A DNA stretch of 36,461 bases, taken from IMG/VR virus record IMGVR_UViG_3300032301_000470, positions 1 through 36,461 of that record. One strand, 5' to 3'. The position numbers and the translations under genes were made by a program. Source of the stretch: a virus (taxonomy: Duplodnaviria; Caudoviricetes). The first letter of the stretch is position 1; each line of letters starts with the position of its first letter. The notes below the pieces were generated by a model. That model saw nothing but the letters and a program-made list of their open reading frames with translations. It was not told the origin of the DNA and did no database searches. Of the stretch, positions 35,788 through 36,461 are shown piece by piece.

Positions 35788-36461
35788 TTATTCTCGGTTA
35801 TAAATATCTAAAAGTTTATCTTTCCATACATCTTTGTTAGAAAAGTTTTCACTCATCCATTTTTTAAGTTTTTCAAACTCTGTTTTACGGGTTTTATAAT
35901 CATCTTCACAAATTGTTTTGTAGGTTTCCTTAAATGATACCTCGTCAAACGCTTTGTATTTATAATCAAGTGGAACATGCCACTTTTCATGTAATATTGG
36001 AAGTTTCCCCCAATCCACTGCTTCAAAAATTCCGTATCCGAATGGTTCAAATTCAAAGCAAGAGTGAGATATTCCCCAATCAAGTTGGTAGAACCTTTCT
36101 TTATATTTGTAATCAAACTTGTAAACTTTTGTTTTTTCAAATTTGTATCCATATTTTTTCTTATAATATTTGTTAAATGTTTCCGAATTGGTAGAAATGA
36201 ATCCACCCAATCCATCCATATATTCAACATTTTTCCTACCTTCAACTCTAGCTGCATATCCAACCTCTACTGAATTAGAAAGTTCTTTATTTTGTTTAAA
36301 TTCATAACAATTTGGAATGTGATATAAATTTTCCGTTTCATATGGAAAATGATATAATCCTACCCAAATTTTATTTTTGATTTTGTTTATTAATTCATTT
36401 TCATACTCCCAATTACCATACCAATGAAGATATTCATCTTTTTGTTGTTGTGCAATTAATG
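35788..36461 (-). CDS. GT-B (GT4-like) glycosyltransferase, 5' end outside the window
   Basis: The frame is open from the window edge: ...HIPNCYEF...VGYAARVEGRKNVEYMDG...EPFGYGIFEAVDWGKLPI, with the R/K donor-binding loop and E-x7-E motif. Confidence 0.75.
   Translation of the reverse strand, partial: LIAQQQKDEYLHWYGNWEYENELINKIKNKIWVGLYHFPYETENLYHIPNCYEFKQNKELSNSVEVGYAARVEGRKNVEYMDGLGGFISTNSETFNKYYKKKYGYKFEKTKVYKFDYKYKERFYQLDWGISHSCFEFEPFGYGIFEAVDWGKLPILHEKWHVPLDYKYKAFDEVSFKETYKTICEDDYKTRKTEFEKLKKWMSENFSNKDVWKDKLLDIYNRE
35799..35807 (-). promoter_or_regulatory. Putative late promoter motif ATATTTATA
   Basis: 22 nt upstream of the ATG at 35776, inside the last codons of the glycosyltransferase. 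Confidence 0.55.

Noticed and set aside
21471-35807. Plus-strand T4-type late promoters (TATAAATA) driving plus-strand genes
   Set aside because: No credible plus-strand genes lie downstream. The spacing fits minus-strand start codons, so the motif is interpreted on the minus strand.
35853-36263. 136-aa minus-strand ORF overlapping the glycosyltransferase
   Set aside because: The GT motifs lie in the other frame, which is open from the window edge, so no frameshift or second gene is needed.
344-36273. All plus-strand ORFs in the track (for example 344..556, 5239..5688, 13310..13744, 27884..28477)
   Set aside because: They lie antisense to well-supported minus-strand genes, show no recognisable motifs and have the Ser/Phe/Leu-rich composition of shadow frames.
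1-36461. CRISPR array, tRNA, rRNA, IS element or reassigned stop codons
   Set aside because: The window is almost fully coding with very short intergenic gaps, and I saw no repeat-spacer pattern or cloverleaf. Genes are intact under the standard code and end in TAA, TAG and TGA.

Overview
This is a fragment of an AT-rich, T4-like (contractile-tail) dsDNA phage genome in which every credible gene lies on the minus strand. In transcription order (right to left) it holds four blocks. (1) A partial GT-B glycosyltransferase and a Hint+LamG virion protein. (2) A tail module: sheath, tube, assembly chaperone pair, tape measure and baseplate genes. (3) A miniature family-A polymerase and a cluster of probable internal head proteins sharing an N-terminal MKL(I/V)DLIPxxE peptide. 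(4) A replication and nucleotide block: gp32-like SSB, RecA/UvsX, 5'-3' exonuclease, GroES, DnaB-like helicase, class II RNR, PhoH, thioredoxin, PolB, sliding clamp, dUTPase and a partial clamp loader. Promoter-like TTTG-N19/20-TATATT(A/T)G elements and mostly Shine-Dalgarno-free, A-rich starts suggest a Bacteroidota host. The most striking locus is 4707-7649, where a stand-alone HTH, two tandem Mom-like paralogs and a DruA/DUF4338-like gene run directly into PolB, a candidate replication-coupled DNA hypermodification system. Other highlights are a PolA with an altered steric-gate residue, a likely +1/-2 frameshift in the tail chaperone, a late-gene motif that is the reverse complement of the T4 late promoter, and probable leaderless early transcripts. 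All assignments come from motif recognition by eye; no database searches were run.
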